Shown here piece after piece: positions 10,563 to 21,193 of a DNA stretch of 64,000 bases. Under the pieces are notes generated by a model. It ran no database searches. It worked only from the letters and a program-made list of their open reading frames with translations, and had not been told where the DNA came from. The translations under genes and the position numbers were made by a program. This stretch comes from Candidatus Scatovivens sp. (GTDB lineage: Bacteria > Bacillota > Clostridia > TANB77 > CAG-508). Every line of letters begins with the position of its first letter. Positions within the stretch are counted from its first letter, which is position 1. The DNA lies in assembly GCA_045646345.1 (NCBI GenBank), contig JAZRKN010000001.1, positions 32,001-96,000 on the forward strand, written 5' to 3'.

Positions 10563-11294
10563 CTATTTTGAATCTAATTCTTTTATCTTTTCTTCAATTC
10601 TTCCTTTTACCATTTCTGCAATTTGACTTGTTTTCATATCTTTATATTCTTCATAATTAATTGCCTCTAAAAAATGAACTTGTGATTTTATTTTTCCAAA
10701 ACTCATTGTATTATAAATTTTATATGAATCATATAATACAACTGGTATAATCGGTGTTTTTGACTTCAATGATATTTTGAAACATCCAGCTTTAAAATCC
10801 CATAAACCATTTTTCTTTTCTTTATCAAAATCACCTTCAGGGAATAAAATATATTTTCTTCCTGCTTCTACTTCTTTAGCAACTTCATTTATTATTGTCA
10901 TTGCTTGTCTATTATCTGTTTTATTTAGTCTTTTTCCTTTTAGCATATCTACTAATTGTTTAATAAATATACGATTCGATTTTTTTATATCCATTACAAA
11001 AGCACATGGATATTTATGTACTGACATAAGACCATACACATCCCATTTTCCTTCATGATTTGGATACATCATATATCCACCTTCTTTAGGCAAATTATCT
11101 AATCCAAACACTTCAGTCTCAATTCTTCCCGTTTTTTTCATTACATCTATAACATATTTAACGTATCCATAATTATACTCTTCAACATATTCATCTGGAT
11201 AGTCATTTGATTTTTTTATCATATCATTCATTGTTTTTATTGCATCTAAAAGTCTTATTAAATTAACAATAATTGTATAATAATATCTTAGCAT
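10563..11294 (-). CDS. plsC: 1-acyl-sn-glycerol-3-phosphate acyltransferase family
   Basis: NHEGKWD (HX4D), LFPEG, PIIPV motifs. Confidence 0.88.
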   Translation of the reverse strand: MLRYYYTIIVNLIRLLDAIKTMNDMIKKSNDYPDEYVEEYNYGYVKYVIDVMKKTGRIETEVFGLDNLPKEGGYMMYPNHEGKWDVYGLMSVHKYPCAFVMDIKKSNRIFIKQLVDMLKGKRLNKTDNRQAMTIINEVAKEVEAGRKYILFPEGDFDKEKKNGLWDFKAGCFKISLKSKTPIIPVVLYDSYKIYNTMSFGKIKSQVHFLEAINYEEYKDMKTSQIAEMVKGRIEEKIKELDSK

Positions 11295-11405
11295 TATAAT
11301 TCCTCTTTCTTATTTATATATCATTAAAATTATATACCAATTCAACAAAAAAATAAAGAGAACTTTTGTTTTTTACTTTCTCTTTATTTTTAAGCATACT
11401 TAAAA

Positions 11406-11837
11406 TTAAAAATTTACTTCTAAATCTAATGTTTTTAATTTTTCATCTACTTCTTTTGTTGTTAATGAAAATATATTAATTGTTTTTAGATTAACTAACT
11501 TCTCTATTCCATCTATTGATGTAACATCAAAAATTTTACTTTCTCCATCCCAACTAGGTGCAAGATCTTGATATATTTGAGAACCACCATCAATATACAT
11601 TTTCTCAATTTTTGACAAATCTTCTTCTGAAATCTCTAATTTTTTTATATATTCATATAAACTCATACACATTTCATCATATAATATCTCTTTAAAAATT
11701 CTGTAATTTTCATTTTTATATCGTTCGGTTTCTAATATTTCTTTGTACTCTTTTTCAAATGTTGGTTTTTGGTTTTTAGAATTATATAATAAATTTTCAA
11801 TTATAACTAATTTAAAATTAAAATCAAAATCATTCAT
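11406..11837 (-). CDS. Small acidic protein, DUF6892/YbaK-like
   Basis: DFNFKLVII...DGGSQIYQDLAPSWDGE...FDVTS with an LRR-like tail; family recalled, not searched. Confidence 0.6.
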   Translation of the reverse strand: MNDFDFNFKLVIIENLLYNSKNQKPTFEKEYKEILETERYKNENYRIFKEILYDEMCMSLYEYIKKLEISEEDLSKIEKMYIDGGSQIYQDLAPSWDGESKIFDVTSIDGIEKLVNLKTINIFSLTTKEVDEKLKTLDLEVNF

Positions 11838-11858
11838 ATATTTTCTCCTTTATAATAT

Positions 11859-12314
11859 TTATTTAAATTTAAAAATGTTTTTTATCTTTGATATAATTTT
11901 TCTAAAAATTGTTTCTTTATATTCTATCAACGCTGTTTGTTTTTTCTCATTATCTATAGTATCTCTTTCAATTAGTTTGCTATTTTCAAAAACATTATTC
12001 GGGTTGTATTTATTCTTAAGTTCATCCTGATAATTAGCTTCATTTTGCTTTAAAGTGTTTTTTATCTCTTCTTTTTCCTCTTCACTTTCACACCAATAAT
12101 TTAAATGCATTAAAGCAATAACAGATAATGTTTCTTTTTTTATATTTTGTTCACTTAAAGCTATGTCATCTTTAATTATAGGATTATAAGTAATATCTCT
12201 TTTTTCTTCTATTGTTGTTAATAATTTATTCGGTAATTTATTAATATAATCATTTCCCAATACCAATAAAACTTGATATACCTCCGAATAAATTCTTTGA
12301 GTTTTTATATTCAT
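11859..12314 (-). CDS. Conserved hypothetical protein
   Basis: YSEVYQVL...NKLP...NYWC...YNPNNVF core and amphipathic C-terminal helix IFRKIISKIKNIF; ATGA overlap with upstream gene. Confidence 0.8.
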   Translation of the reverse strand: MNIKTQRIYSEVYQVLLVLGNDYINKLPNKLLTTIEEKRDITYNPIIKDDIALSEQNIKKETLSVIALMHLNYWCESEEEKEEIKNTLKQNEANYQDELKNKYNPNNVFENSKLIERDTIDNEKKQTALIEYKETIFRKIISKIKNIFKFK

Positions 12315-13585
12315 TCTACTCTTCCTTTGTTTTCTCTATTTGGTTCTTCTAAACCTTCTTTTAAAATACTTTGAGCACACTCCAAATCTGAAGTTTTTAA
12401 ATCACTATATGCCCCCACTAAAATTCGTCTAGTTTTAGGTTTTATATTTTCATTTTTCTCAGCACTTTTATTTTCACCGACATTTATTAATACTTGTCTT
12501 ACTTTGTTTTTTTCTCCTAATCTTCCAGCTAATTCTATTGCATTTTCTAGCAACTTGCAGCACAAGCCTCTTTCTTGTGCCATTTCAAGCATTTCAGATA
12601 GTTTTTTTATATTTCCTTTTTTTATACACTCATTAACTGTTTTAGAAAAGTCATCCATGCTTGATTCTAGTCTTTCAAATAACGTTTCTTTTTCTTCATC
12701 TGGGATCTTTGAATAGTGGCTAGTATTTTCCATAAAACTGTGTGTACCGTCTATATTTTCTGAATAATATCCCAAAATAAATTCTGATGGAACAGTTCCT
12801 ATTTTAGCGCATATTCTATCTAAAATACAATGTTCCTCATATTGCTGGCCAGAAGTTTTTTTATTTTCTTCTGGGAATCCTAGAAAAATTTTTTCGCCAG
12901 TTTTACTTCTCACGAAACTTGGAACTGCTATTATAACTGAAACTTTGCTTCCTTTACCAAATTGATAATCAAAAATTTCTTGTTCTATTTTTCTTGAATC
13001 ACCATTTGTCCCCAATGAAATTGCTGTACTTAAAATGGTCTTACTATTATATTTTATATTTAATCCATTTTTTACAATACTTTCAGCTGTTTCTTGTTTT
13101 TTTATCCAATCTCCTTTATCAATTCCATGAATTCCAATACCATACTCGTCTTCTGGCAATTTTTCCAACACACTTTCAAATTCATCTCTTTCTTGAGTAA
13201 TTGGTCTTTTAGATTTATCCATTTCTAAATATTCAATATCAATCTCTTCGTCATTTTCACATTTTTGTAAAAAAGTTTCATCAACTTCAACTAAATGCTC
13301 ATTTTCTGTAATTACAGATCTAACATTTGTTAATTTTAATGCATGAGCAGCCGCATGATCTATATAAAATTTACCTTCTTTTTGGTACACCAACACTCTT
13401 CTTTTTAAAACCGTTTTAGTCGAAGTTTTTTCTTTTGATTCTAATCCAGTTTTTAAATTGATATTCACTCCATTAGATAATGAACTCATCGTTTGTATTC
13501 TCGTTTGTTGTCTTAAATTCAATTCTAACTTAGTGCCTTTTTGAATTGTCTGTGTAACAAGTTTTTCTTGTGTTTTAAATCTCAT
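12311..13585 (-). CDS. Hypothetical protein with a candidate ADP-ribosyltransferase-like central domain
   Basis: 424-aa ORF; GIHG...SIVKNGL and VPSEFILGYY motifs. Confidence 0.6.
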   Translation of the reverse strand: MRFKTQEKLVTQTIQKGTKLELNLRQQTRIQTMSSLSNGVNINLKTGLESKEKTSTKTVLKRRVLVYQKEGKFYIDHAAAHALKLTNVRSVITENEHLVEVDETFLQKCENDEEIDIEYLEMDKSKRPITQERDEFESVLEKLPEDEYGIGIHGIDKGDWIKKQETAESIVKNGLNIKYNSKTILSTAISLGTNGDSRKIEQEIFDYQFGKGSKVSVIIAVPSFVRSKTGEKIFLGFPEENKKTSGQQYEEHCILDRICAKIGTVPSEFILGYYSENIDGTHSFMENTSHYSKIPDEEKETLFERLESSMDDFSKTVNECIKKGNIKKLSEMLEMAQERGLCCKLLENAIELAGRLGEKNKVRQVLINVGENKSAEKNENIKPKTRRILVGAYSDLKTSDLECAQSILKEGLEEPNRENKGRVE

Positions 13586-13636
13586 TTATTACTCCAAAAA
13601 CAAAGCGCCTAAGTATATTACTTAAGCGCCATCATA

Positions 13637-14248
13637 CTATTTAAATTTTCTTGTTTCTAATTTATAAATTCCAAATGCAAGTACTGTTCCAATTGACGCT
13701 GTTATTAATTGTGTTGTTGTCATAGCAGCTTGTAATGTTGCAACCATTTTTGCAGGAAAGATACCAAATGCATTTAAAATAAAGAATCCTGCTGCAATTA
13801 CAGCAACTTTTGTTACTATTCCAGCTATTCCGGCTAAAAAATAATTTTTATCTTTTGAAAGCATTAACCATTTATATGCATATACAAATACAAAGTTTCC
13901 AATCCAAATTGCAGGAATCATATATACCATAAATACAGAAGCACTTTTGAATACATATCCTCCTAAAATTGTTGCTATACTTGGCATTGTTACAACACCT
14001 AATATATTTTTCCATCCTTTTAAGTTAATTGCTGTCATTACTAATGCTGTGTTTACAACAGTTCCTACTATTAATTGTGAATTTTGTGTTACTACACTTC
14101 CTGCTCCAAATATTGATTTAATTATTTGTGCTAAAAACAATGGTGTTAATAATGCTACTAAGTATATTAAAATTGTTTGTGCAGCATCTGTTACTTTTGA
14201 AAAATCTCTTGCTCTTTTGTTTACTATATTTTCCATGTTTTTTGCCAA
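13637..14248 (-). CDS. Integral membrane protein, ECF transporter S-component-like
   Basis: About six TM helices; QLIVGTVVN, IPAIWIGN, QLITASIG pattern; TTG start. Confidence 0.65.
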   Translation of the reverse strand: MAKNMENIVNKRARDFSKVTDAAQTILIYLVALLTPLFLAQIIKSIFGAGSVVTQNSQLIVGTVVNTALVMTAINLKGWKNILGVVTMPSIATILGGYVFKSASVFMVYMIPAIWIGNFVFVYAYKWLMLSKDKNYFLAGIAGIVTKVAVIAAGFFILNAFGIFPAKMVATLQAAMTTTQLITASIGTVLAFGIYKLETRKFK

Positions 14249-14259
14249 TTTAACCTTTC

Positions 14260-14397
14260 TTACTCTTCTACCTTTTCAAACATTTCTTTTCCTACACCAC
14301 ATAATGGACAAACCCAATTATCTGGTAATTCCTCGAATTTTTTTCCTTCTTCATTTTCATCATAAATATGACCGCATACTGTGCATCTATATTTCAT
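14260..14397 (-). CDS. Rubredoxin (45 aa), not in ORF track
   Basis: Manual translation [45 protein letters not shown] with two CxxCG motifs; AGGAGG RBS. Confidence 0.95.
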   Translation of the reverse strand: MKYRCTVCGHIYDENEEGKKFEELPDNWVCPLCGVGKEMFEKVEE

Positions 14398-14483
14398 ATT
14401 TTTTACCTCCTAAAATAAACTACAAACATTATATTTTATTTTTAACGTAAAGTAAATATAATAAAAAAATAATTTTATTTACT

Positions 14484-16826
14484 TTAATTATCAAAATTTC
14501 CAATTACGACATTTCCTTTTTTATCTATGAAACCACATTCTCCATCCATAGTTTCTACGCCACATAAATCATTATAAAATCCATATACTACAAAATATTC
14601 ATTTATATCGAATAATTTTTTTCCTTGTTTATCAATAAAATAACTTCTTCTAGTCGTTAATTCAAATTCTTCAATTACGTTAGCCATTCCATTATTAAAA
14701 TCATTTGCACTAACCAATTTAAAATCAACAACTATATTACCTGCTTTATCTATATACCCCCATAATTTTTCTTGATTTTGCACTGCAACTACCTCTTCAG
14801 AAAAACTTTTGGCATCCATATATTGAAGTGGAATTATTAATTCTCCTTTATTATTAACAAATCCATACAAATCATTATTTCCAACTTTTAGCATTCCTTC
14901 AGAGAATTCATAGTCCATATAGTCATATTTAAAATCAAGAACTATTTCATTACTGTTATTTATTAATCCATATTTTTGGTCTTTTTGGGCGATAATTAAA
15001 CCATTTTTATCATAATCACGTAAAACATCATATTCGAAATCTATTACAAGATTTCCATCTTTATCAATAAGTCCTCTTTTTCCTCTATTATCTTCAACTA
15101 CTGCAAAACCATTAGAAAATTCAGCCGCAGACTCATATTCAAAATTAATCATTAATTTTCCATCTTCATTTATGTAGCCCCATTTTCCGTCTTTCTTTAC
15201 TGCTGCTAAACCTTCTGAAAAGTACTTTGCATTTTCATATTGTATTGGAATTATTTCTCTTCCATCTTTATTTATAAATCCATGTACATCTTCATCATCT
15301 TTTTCAATCTCAACTACTGCATATCCATTTTTATATGTTGAAATTGAATCATAATAATAGTCTACTATTATATTACCCTCTGTATCAATCACTCCACATT
15401 TTTCTGTTTCTTCATCTTCAATTACTATTCTATCTTCTGAAACAAATAGCTCTTCATTGTATTTATGCTTAATTTTTAACTTCCCATTTAAATCATATAA
15501 TCCCCATTTGCCATCTTTACTTATTGAAACATACTCTTGATCTGAAATTGTAAGATCATCAAAATCAATCTTTTTCTCAACTATATTTCCAATTACAAAT
15601 TCACCATCTTCATTCATAAACCCTGTTTGATATGCTCCATGCAAAATTGTTGACATACCTTCATAGAAATTAGAAACCGTATCAACAGCATATTTGAATT
15701 CTATTACTATATTTCCATTTTTATCTATAAATCCCCATCTATCATCAAATAAGGCATTTGCAATTCCGTCTGTAAAATCACCTACGTCATCATACATGCA
15801 TTTTATAACAAGTTCTCCATTTTCATTTATGAATCCCCATTTGCCTTCTACTTGTATTGCTGCCAAACCTTCAGAAAAATATTTAAAATTATCATATGTA
15901 TATTCTGTTATAGGATTTCCATACAAGTCAACAAATACATATTTATCATCTCTTAATATCGGTACAATTCCATCTACTATATTTCCAATGCTTTTGCAGT
16001 AAATTTTAGAAATAACTTCATTTTTCTTATTAATTACTAAGAATTCTTTTTCATTTTTTCCTTTCCTTACAACAGTATATTCATCATCCTCAAATTTTTT
16101 TGCATAATTATATTCTAATGGAATAACTTCTTTTCCTGTTCCATCTACAAATCCTACTTTCTTCCCTTTTTGAACAAGAGCTAATCCTTTAGAAAAGTCA
16201 CCTACTTTATCATATTTAAAGTCAACAATAGTGTTTCCTTTATTATCAATAAAACCAAATTTTCCATCTAGTGAAGCTTGGGCAAAACCTTCTGAAAACA
16301 TATTTAAATAGTCATATTTAAATTCTATTACAACATTTCCTTTTGTATCTATCATTCCAAATAAATTATCTTTTTTTACACAAGCCAATTTATTTTCTGT
16401 ATCAAACATCGTCGCCATATCGTATTCAAAATCAATAACAGTTTTACCGTTTGTATCTATATATCCCCATTTATTTTCAATTCTAACTGGAGCTAATCCC
16501 TCTTCAAAATACAAAGCTTCTGTATATTTATAATCAATAACTAAATTTCCATTTTTATCAACATATCCCCATTTATAATCTTTGGCAATTGGTGCATAAC
16601 CATTATAAAACATTGTTGCTAAATCAATACTTTCATCATACAAATTACCTTTATAGTCCTCATGATATTTTATATTTTCATACATAAATAGTGTATCTCC
16701 ATGAGTTAGCTTAATTGCTTTTTTAGATTCATTGTCTTTTTTTAATTTTCCTATTGAAAAAATAACAATCGTTACTAAAGATATATTCAATATTATTATT
16801 AATAAAAATTTAAATATTTTTTTCAT
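14484..16826 (-). CDS. Membrane-anchored WG-repeat (KWG) protein
   Basis: N-terminal TM segment then many ~35-aa repeats of type F.EGLA.V...GKWGYID..G..VI...Y; start moved to the ATG behind GGAGG. Confidence 0.9.
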   Translation of the reverse strand: MKKIFKFLLIIILNISLVTIVIFSIGKLKKDNESKKAIKLTHGDTLFMYENIKYHEDYKGNLYDESIDLATMFYNGYAPIAKDYKWGYVDKNGNLVIDYKYTEALYFEEGLAPVRIENKWGYIDTNGKTVIDFEYDMATMFDTENKLACVKKDNLFGMIDTKGNVVIEFKYDYLNMFSEGFAQASLDGKFGFIDNKGNTIVDFKYDKVGDFSKGLALVQKGKKVGFVDGTGKEVIPLEYNYAKKFEDDEYTVVRKGKNEKEFLVINKKNEVISKIYCKSIGNIVDGIVPILRDDKYVFVDLYGNPITEYTYDNFKYFSEGLAAIQVEGKWGFINENGELVIKCMYDDVGDFTDGIANALFDDRWGFIDKNGNIVIEFKYAVDTVSNFYEGMSTILHGAYQTGFMNEDGEFVIGNIVEKKIDFDDLTISDQEYVSISKDGKWGLYDLNGKLKIKHKYNEELFVSEDRIVIEDEETEKCGVIDTEGNIIVDYYYDSISTYKNGYAVVEIEKDDEDVHGFINKDGREIIPIQYENAKYFSEGLAAVKKDGKWGYINEDGKLMINFEYESAAEFSNGFAVVEDNRGKRGLIDKDGNLVIDFEYDVLRDYDKNGLIIAQKDQKYGLINNSNEIVLDFKYDYMDYEFSEGMLKVGNNDLYGFVNNKGELIIPLQYMDAKSFSEEVVAVQNQEKLWGYIDKAGNIVVDFKLVSANDFNNGMANVIEEFELTTRRSYFIDKQGKKLFDINEYFVVYGFYNDLCGVETMDGECGFIDKKGNVVIGNFDN

Positions 16827-16962
16827 TTGTGCCTCCATTTTATTATTTTCCAATATTATTTTATCACAACTACATATCAAAAAAACAATTGTAATGAAAT
16901 TGTAAATAAAAAAAGAAAGTGTAAACAAATTAAATTTACACTTTCTTATAATATTAATTTTC

Positions 16963-18669
16963 TTACATCTTATTTGGCATTTGAATTCCTAAAAGTTCAC
17001 CACCAGTTTTCAATACTTGTCCTACACATTTTGTTAAAAATACTCTTGCATTTTGAATTTCTTTATCATCGTCGATAATCTTATTGTCATTATAGAAATT
17101 ACTATAATTTTGACTAAGTTCAATTAAATATCTAGCTAAGAATGATGGATCATTTTTGCTTGTTACATTCATTAATACATTTTCAAAATTGTATAATGAT
17201 GTTATTACGCTTTGAGATGCTTTATCTTGTAATATTTCTAAATTCACCTCATCAAATTTCGGAACATATCCAGCTTTTTCTAAAACGCTCTTTGTTCTTA
17301 CATATACATATTGAATATATGGTCCTGTTTCTCCGTTAAAGTTCAGTGCAATATTCCAGTCAAATACTAAATCTTTAACAATTGATGTTGATAAATTATT
17401 GAAAATAACTGCACCAAGACCAATCTTTGTTGCCTCTTCATGTTTGTTTTCCATTTCTGGATTTTTTTCTTCAATAATTTTTTCAACTCTATCTATTGCT
17501 TCTTCTAATAAAGCATCAACTTTAATTACAGTTCCTTCACGAGTAGACATTTTTCCAGTTGTCAACCTTACCATACCATATGCAACATGTTCTAATCCTT
17601 TTAAACTTTTTTCTGGAATTCCTAAAAACTTAGCGACTTCAAAAATTTGTTTAAAATGTAGGTTTTGTTCATAAGCAACAACATATAAACATTTATCAAA
17701 ATCATAAGTTCTTGATCTATATAACACAGCTGCAAGATCTCTTGTCGCGTAAGTTGTAGAGTCATTTGATTTTTTAATCATACAAACGCCTATGCCTTTG
17801 TCTTCTAAGTCTACAATCTTAGCACCTTCAGAATCACTCAAAGCTCCTGCTTTATCTAATTTTTCTACAATTTCATCCATTTTATCTGAATAGAACGCTT
17901 CTCCATTATATGAATCAAATGTTACACCAAGCATTCCATATATTTTTTGAAATTCTTTTAAACTTAAATCTTTAAATTTATTCCACATTGCAACGCAGTA
18001 TGGATCACCTTCTTCAATTTTTTTAAAGTTTTCCCTACATTTTTCAAGAACTTCCTCATCTTCTTTACAAAGATTATTTATTCTTACATAAATATCCATG
18101 CATTGATCTATAGGATTCTCTTCAAGATTATATTCATTTTCCCATCTTTTATATCCTTCGATCATTTTTCCAAATTGAGTACCATAGTCACCTAAGTGAT
18201 TAACTCCAATTGTGTTATATCCTAAATATTTATGAATTTTATATAAAGCAGAGCCTATAACAGTATTTCTCAAATGACCAATATGGAATGGTTTGGCAAT
18301 ATTTGGTGATGAAAAATCTATTACTACATTTTTCCCTTCTCCACTATTGTTTGAACCAAACTTATCTCCCTTTTCTTCAATTTCTTTTAATACATTTGCA
18401 GTTATTGCTAATCTATTTATATAGAAATTCAAATATCCCCCTGCAATATCAACTTTTGATATATATTCATCTACTTCTATCTTTTCTTTTAATTCAGCCG
18501 CGATTGCTGGAGGAGCTTTTCTTAAAACTTTGGCCAATTTAAAACATGGGAATGCAAAGTCTCCCAAATCTGCATTTGGTGGTATTTCAATATATGAAGT
18601 CACTTCAGTTTCATCTATTTCAGCTGCCTTAGCTATTTTTTCTCCTATGATTTTCTTAAAATCTATCAT
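16963..18669 (-). CDS. argS: Arginine--tRNA ligase
   Basis: SSPNIAKPFHIGH, KMSTREG, GPYIQY, C-terminal PNKM. Confidence 0.98.
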   Translation of the reverse strand: MIDFKKIIGEKIAKAAEIDETEVTSYIEIPPNADLGDFAFPCFKLAKVLRKAPPAIAAELKEKIEVDEYISKVDIAGGYLNFYINRLAITANVLKEIEEKGDKFGSNNSGEGKNVVIDFSSPNIAKPFHIGHLRNTVIGSALYKIHKYLGYNTIGVNHLGDYGTQFGKMIEGYKRWENEYNLEENPIDQCMDIYVRINNLCKEDEEVLEKCRENFKKIEEGDPYCVAMWNKFKDLSLKEFQKIYGMLGVTFDSYNGEAFYSDKMDEIVEKLDKAGALSDSEGAKIVDLEDKGIGVCMIKKSNDSTTYATRDLAAVLYRSRTYDFDKCLYVVAYEQNLHFKQIFEVAKFLGIPEKSLKGLEHVAYGMVRLTTGKMSTREGTVIKVDALLEEAIDRVEKIIEEKNPEMENKHEEATKIGLGAVIFNNLSTSIVKDLVFDWNIALNFNGETGPYIQYVYVRTKSVLEKAGYVPKFDEVNLEILQDKASQSVITSLYNFENVLMNVTSKNDPSFLARYLIELSQNYSNFYNDNKIIDDDKEIQNARVFLTKCVGQVLKTGGELLGIQMPNKM

Positions 18670-18703
18670 TTAAATCATCCTTCCATTAATACTGTTATTT
18701 TTA

Positions 18704-19174
18704 TTAAACTTCGCTTTCTACTTTTTTATCTTTTTTATTTTTTCTCATCTCAAATATCTTTATTATTATCATCATTCCTACAACGCCTGTCGCAACTCCT
18801 AATGTATCTATGTATACATCTTTAAAAGCTCCACTTCTTCCAGGAACCATTAGTTGATGTATTTCATCCATTGTCGCATACCACATACCTAATAAAATTG
18901 ATGTTATCATTTTTCTTTTGTCCGACCAATTATATGTTGAAAATAAAGATACAAATAGCAATCCGCCAATACCATATTCTGAAAAATGTGCAATTTTTCT
19001 TGCATATGGTTCTAAGAAGTTTACCATTTCAGGATCTTTTACAAAGAACTCAACCACCATTCTACTAAATCCCGAAGATTCTCCTCCGTCTTGGCTAGAA
19101 AACAAAAAAATCAAACATGTCCAAAGAACTATAAGTATTATTAAAATAGTTCTTAATATCTTTATATTTTTCAT
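18704..19174 (-). CDS. VanZ family membrane protein
   Basis: IFLFSSQ, RKIAHFSEY, DEIHQLMVPGRS..DVYIDT; start moved to MKNIKIL. Confidence 0.9.
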   Translation of the reverse strand: MKNIKILRTILIILIVLWTCLIFLFSSQDGGESSGFSRMVVEFFVKDPEMVNFLEPYARKIAHFSEYGIGGLLFVSLFSTYNWSDKRKMITSILLGMWYATMDEIHQLMVPGRSGAFKDVYIDTLGVATGVVGMMIIIKIFEMRKNKKDKKVESEV

Positions 19175-19193
19175 TTTATTTAAATAACCTTTC

Positions 19194-19499
19194 TTATTTT
19201 GCAACACTTAACTTAATTACTAAATCCATATTGTCATCCTCTGCAACTTTATTTTTTCTTATTGCACCACATTTTTTGCACCTAAAAATTATGACATAAC
19301 CTTTTTTACTATTAGTTTCTAAGCCAATTGGTTCTAAAGTTCCATGACAAGTCTCTAATCTATCACCTGGATTTATATCAACATGTTTTGAATGTAAACA
19401 TTCAGGGCAATGGTTTCTACAAGAGTATCCAAGTTTTTTTACCTTTGCCCCGCAATTTTCACAAACAAATTCTTCATCTATAACTGTAAAGTTACCCAT
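19194..19499 (-). CDS. RNHCP domain protein
   Basis: CENCG...CRNHCPECLHSKHVD.NPGDR...C...CKKCG. Confidence 0.92.
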   Translation of the reverse strand: MGNFTVIDEEFVCENCGAKVKKLGYSCRNHCPECLHSKHVDINPGDRLETCHGTLEPIGLETNSKKGYVIIFRCKKCGAIRKNKVAEDDNMDLVIKLSVAK

Positions 19500-19508
19500 T
19501 TTTTCTCC

Positions 19509-21155
19509 TTAATGTTCAAAAATGCTTCCACCTATAAATTCTCTTAATAATGAATTATTTGGGATTAAATCTGCATTCATTGTTTCGAAATATTTTAATA
19601 ACGCAATTAATCTTCTTGCTTCACTATATTCTCTTGATGATTGTGGTATTGCTTCCAATAATGGCATTGCATATTGTTTTAATACAGCAAGCTCATATAC
19701 TATTGAAGAGTTAAACATTACATCAGCTTCTTCTTGGAATGGGAAAATATTTTTTTGTTCTCCTCTATTTACTGAATACCACATTTTTAATGTATGTTCT
19801 GCAGAATAATTTCTAAAGTTATAATCTCTAACAATTCTTCTTATTAATCTTGTATCTGTTGTTGAAATTCTATTATAATAATCAACGTTTAAAACAGTTA
19901 AATCACTAATGTATACTTTATATTTATTCTCTTTTGGTATTAAACTTGTTAATCTGTCATTTAAACAGTGAATACCTTCAATTATTAAAATTTCATCTTC
20001 TTTTAATTTTAATGTATTTCCTCTATATTCTTTTTTACCAGTTGTAAAATTAAATGTTGGAAGATTTACTTCTTTTCCATCTAACAAGTCAACTAATTGG
20101 CTATTAAACAAATCTAAATCTAAAGCTTCAATACACTCAAAATCATAGTTACCATGCTCATCTTTTGGATTATCTTCTCTTTCAACAAAATAGTTATCTA
20201 CAGATATTGTTACTGGTTTTATTCCATTTACTCTTAAACTCATTCCAAGTTTTCCCGCAAAAGTTGTTTTTCCAGAAGAAGATGGTCCAGCAATTAAAAC
20301 CATTCTTACATTTCCATGGTCTTTTATTTTTTGAGCTATTTCTGCAATTTTCTTTTCGTGTAAAGCTTCTGAGAATAAAATTAATTCTTTTTCACCTTTT
20401 GGTTCTTTGATTTTTTTGTTTAATCTATAAACTGTATTTATTCTCATTAATTTATTAATTTCATCATATTCATCCATTGCAGAAACTAATTTTAAACTTG
20501 TATCAACATTTGGTTGTAATACATTTGGTTCAGCTAAACTTGGATATTTTACTAAAAATCCATCTCTATATTTAACTAAATCATATAATTTGGCAAAACC
20601 AGTTGAAATTGGCATTGTTCCAAAGAAATAGTTGTAATAATCTTCGCAATAATATAAAGATACTTTTTCTTTATCTATGTTTGTTTGTAATCTACCTTTT
20701 ATTGTTGCTTCTTTTTTATAAAACTCTTCAGCTTCTTCTTGTGTCATCATTATTTTAGTAATCGGTAAATCTTTAGCAACAATTTCTTGCATTTTTTCTT
20801 TTACTTTGGCAATCACTTCATCTGTTACATCCATATTATCAACACTACCAAACATTGCATTTGATAATTGATAGTTAACTGTCAATAAAGCTTCTGGATA
20901 AACTTCAGAAAATGCTTTACACACTAAAAACAACAAACCTCTTATATAAATTATTCTTCCATCTTTATCTTGTCTATTAAAGAATTCAAGATCTCCGTCT
21001 TCTGTTATAGGTGTTTTTAAAGAAACTATTGTATTATTTAATCTTGCTGCGATTATTTCTTTTATTTCTGCTTTTTCTATTTGTTCTTTAAAAGCATCTC
21101 CTACGGCTAATCCTTCTTCAACTTCGTACACTTCATTCTCATAAGTTATTTTCAT
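19509..21155 (-). CDS. Nucleoside (uridine) kinase fused to TGS/ThrRS N-terminal-like domain
   Basis: N-terminal TGS-like region; IAGPSSSGKTT P-loop; EGIHCLN; RRIVRD. Confidence 0.9.
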   Translation of the reverse strand: MKITYENEVYEVEEGLAVGDAFKEQIEKAEIKEIIAARLNNTIVSLKTPITEDGDLEFFNRQDKDGRIIYIRGLLFLVCKAFSEVYPEALLTVNYQLSNAMFGSVDNMDVTDEVIAKVKEKMQEIVAKDLPITKIMMTQEEAEEFYKKEATIKGRLQTNIDKEKVSLYYCEDYYNYFFGTMPISTGFAKLYDLVKYRDGFLVKYPSLAEPNVLQPNVDTSLKLVSAMDEYDEINKLMRINTVYRLNKKIKEPKGEKELILFSEALHEKKIAEIAQKIKDHGNVRMVLIAGPSSSGKTTFAGKLGMSLRVNGIKPVTISVDNYFVEREDNPKDEHGNYDFECIEALDLDLFNSQLVDLLDGKEVNLPTFNFTTGKKEYRGNTLKLKEDEILIIEGIHCLNDRLTSLIPKENKYKVYISDLTVLNVDYYNRISTTDTRLIRRIVRDYNFRNYSAEHTLKMWYSVNRGEQKNIFPFQEEADVMFNSSIVYELAVLKQYAMPLLEAIPQSSREYSEARRLIALLKYFETMNADLIPNNSLLREFIGGSIFEH

Positions 21156-21193
21156 ACTTTTATCTCCTTTTCTGTATTTTTAGTCATTCTTTA

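Noticed and set aside
14484-16826. Repeats as a CRISPR array or DNA tandem repeat
   Set aside because: Repeats are degenerate at DNA level and in frame within a protein; no spacer/repeat structure or cas genes
18670-18703. T-box leader for argS
   Set aside because: Spacer is only about 30 nt; no T-box sequence
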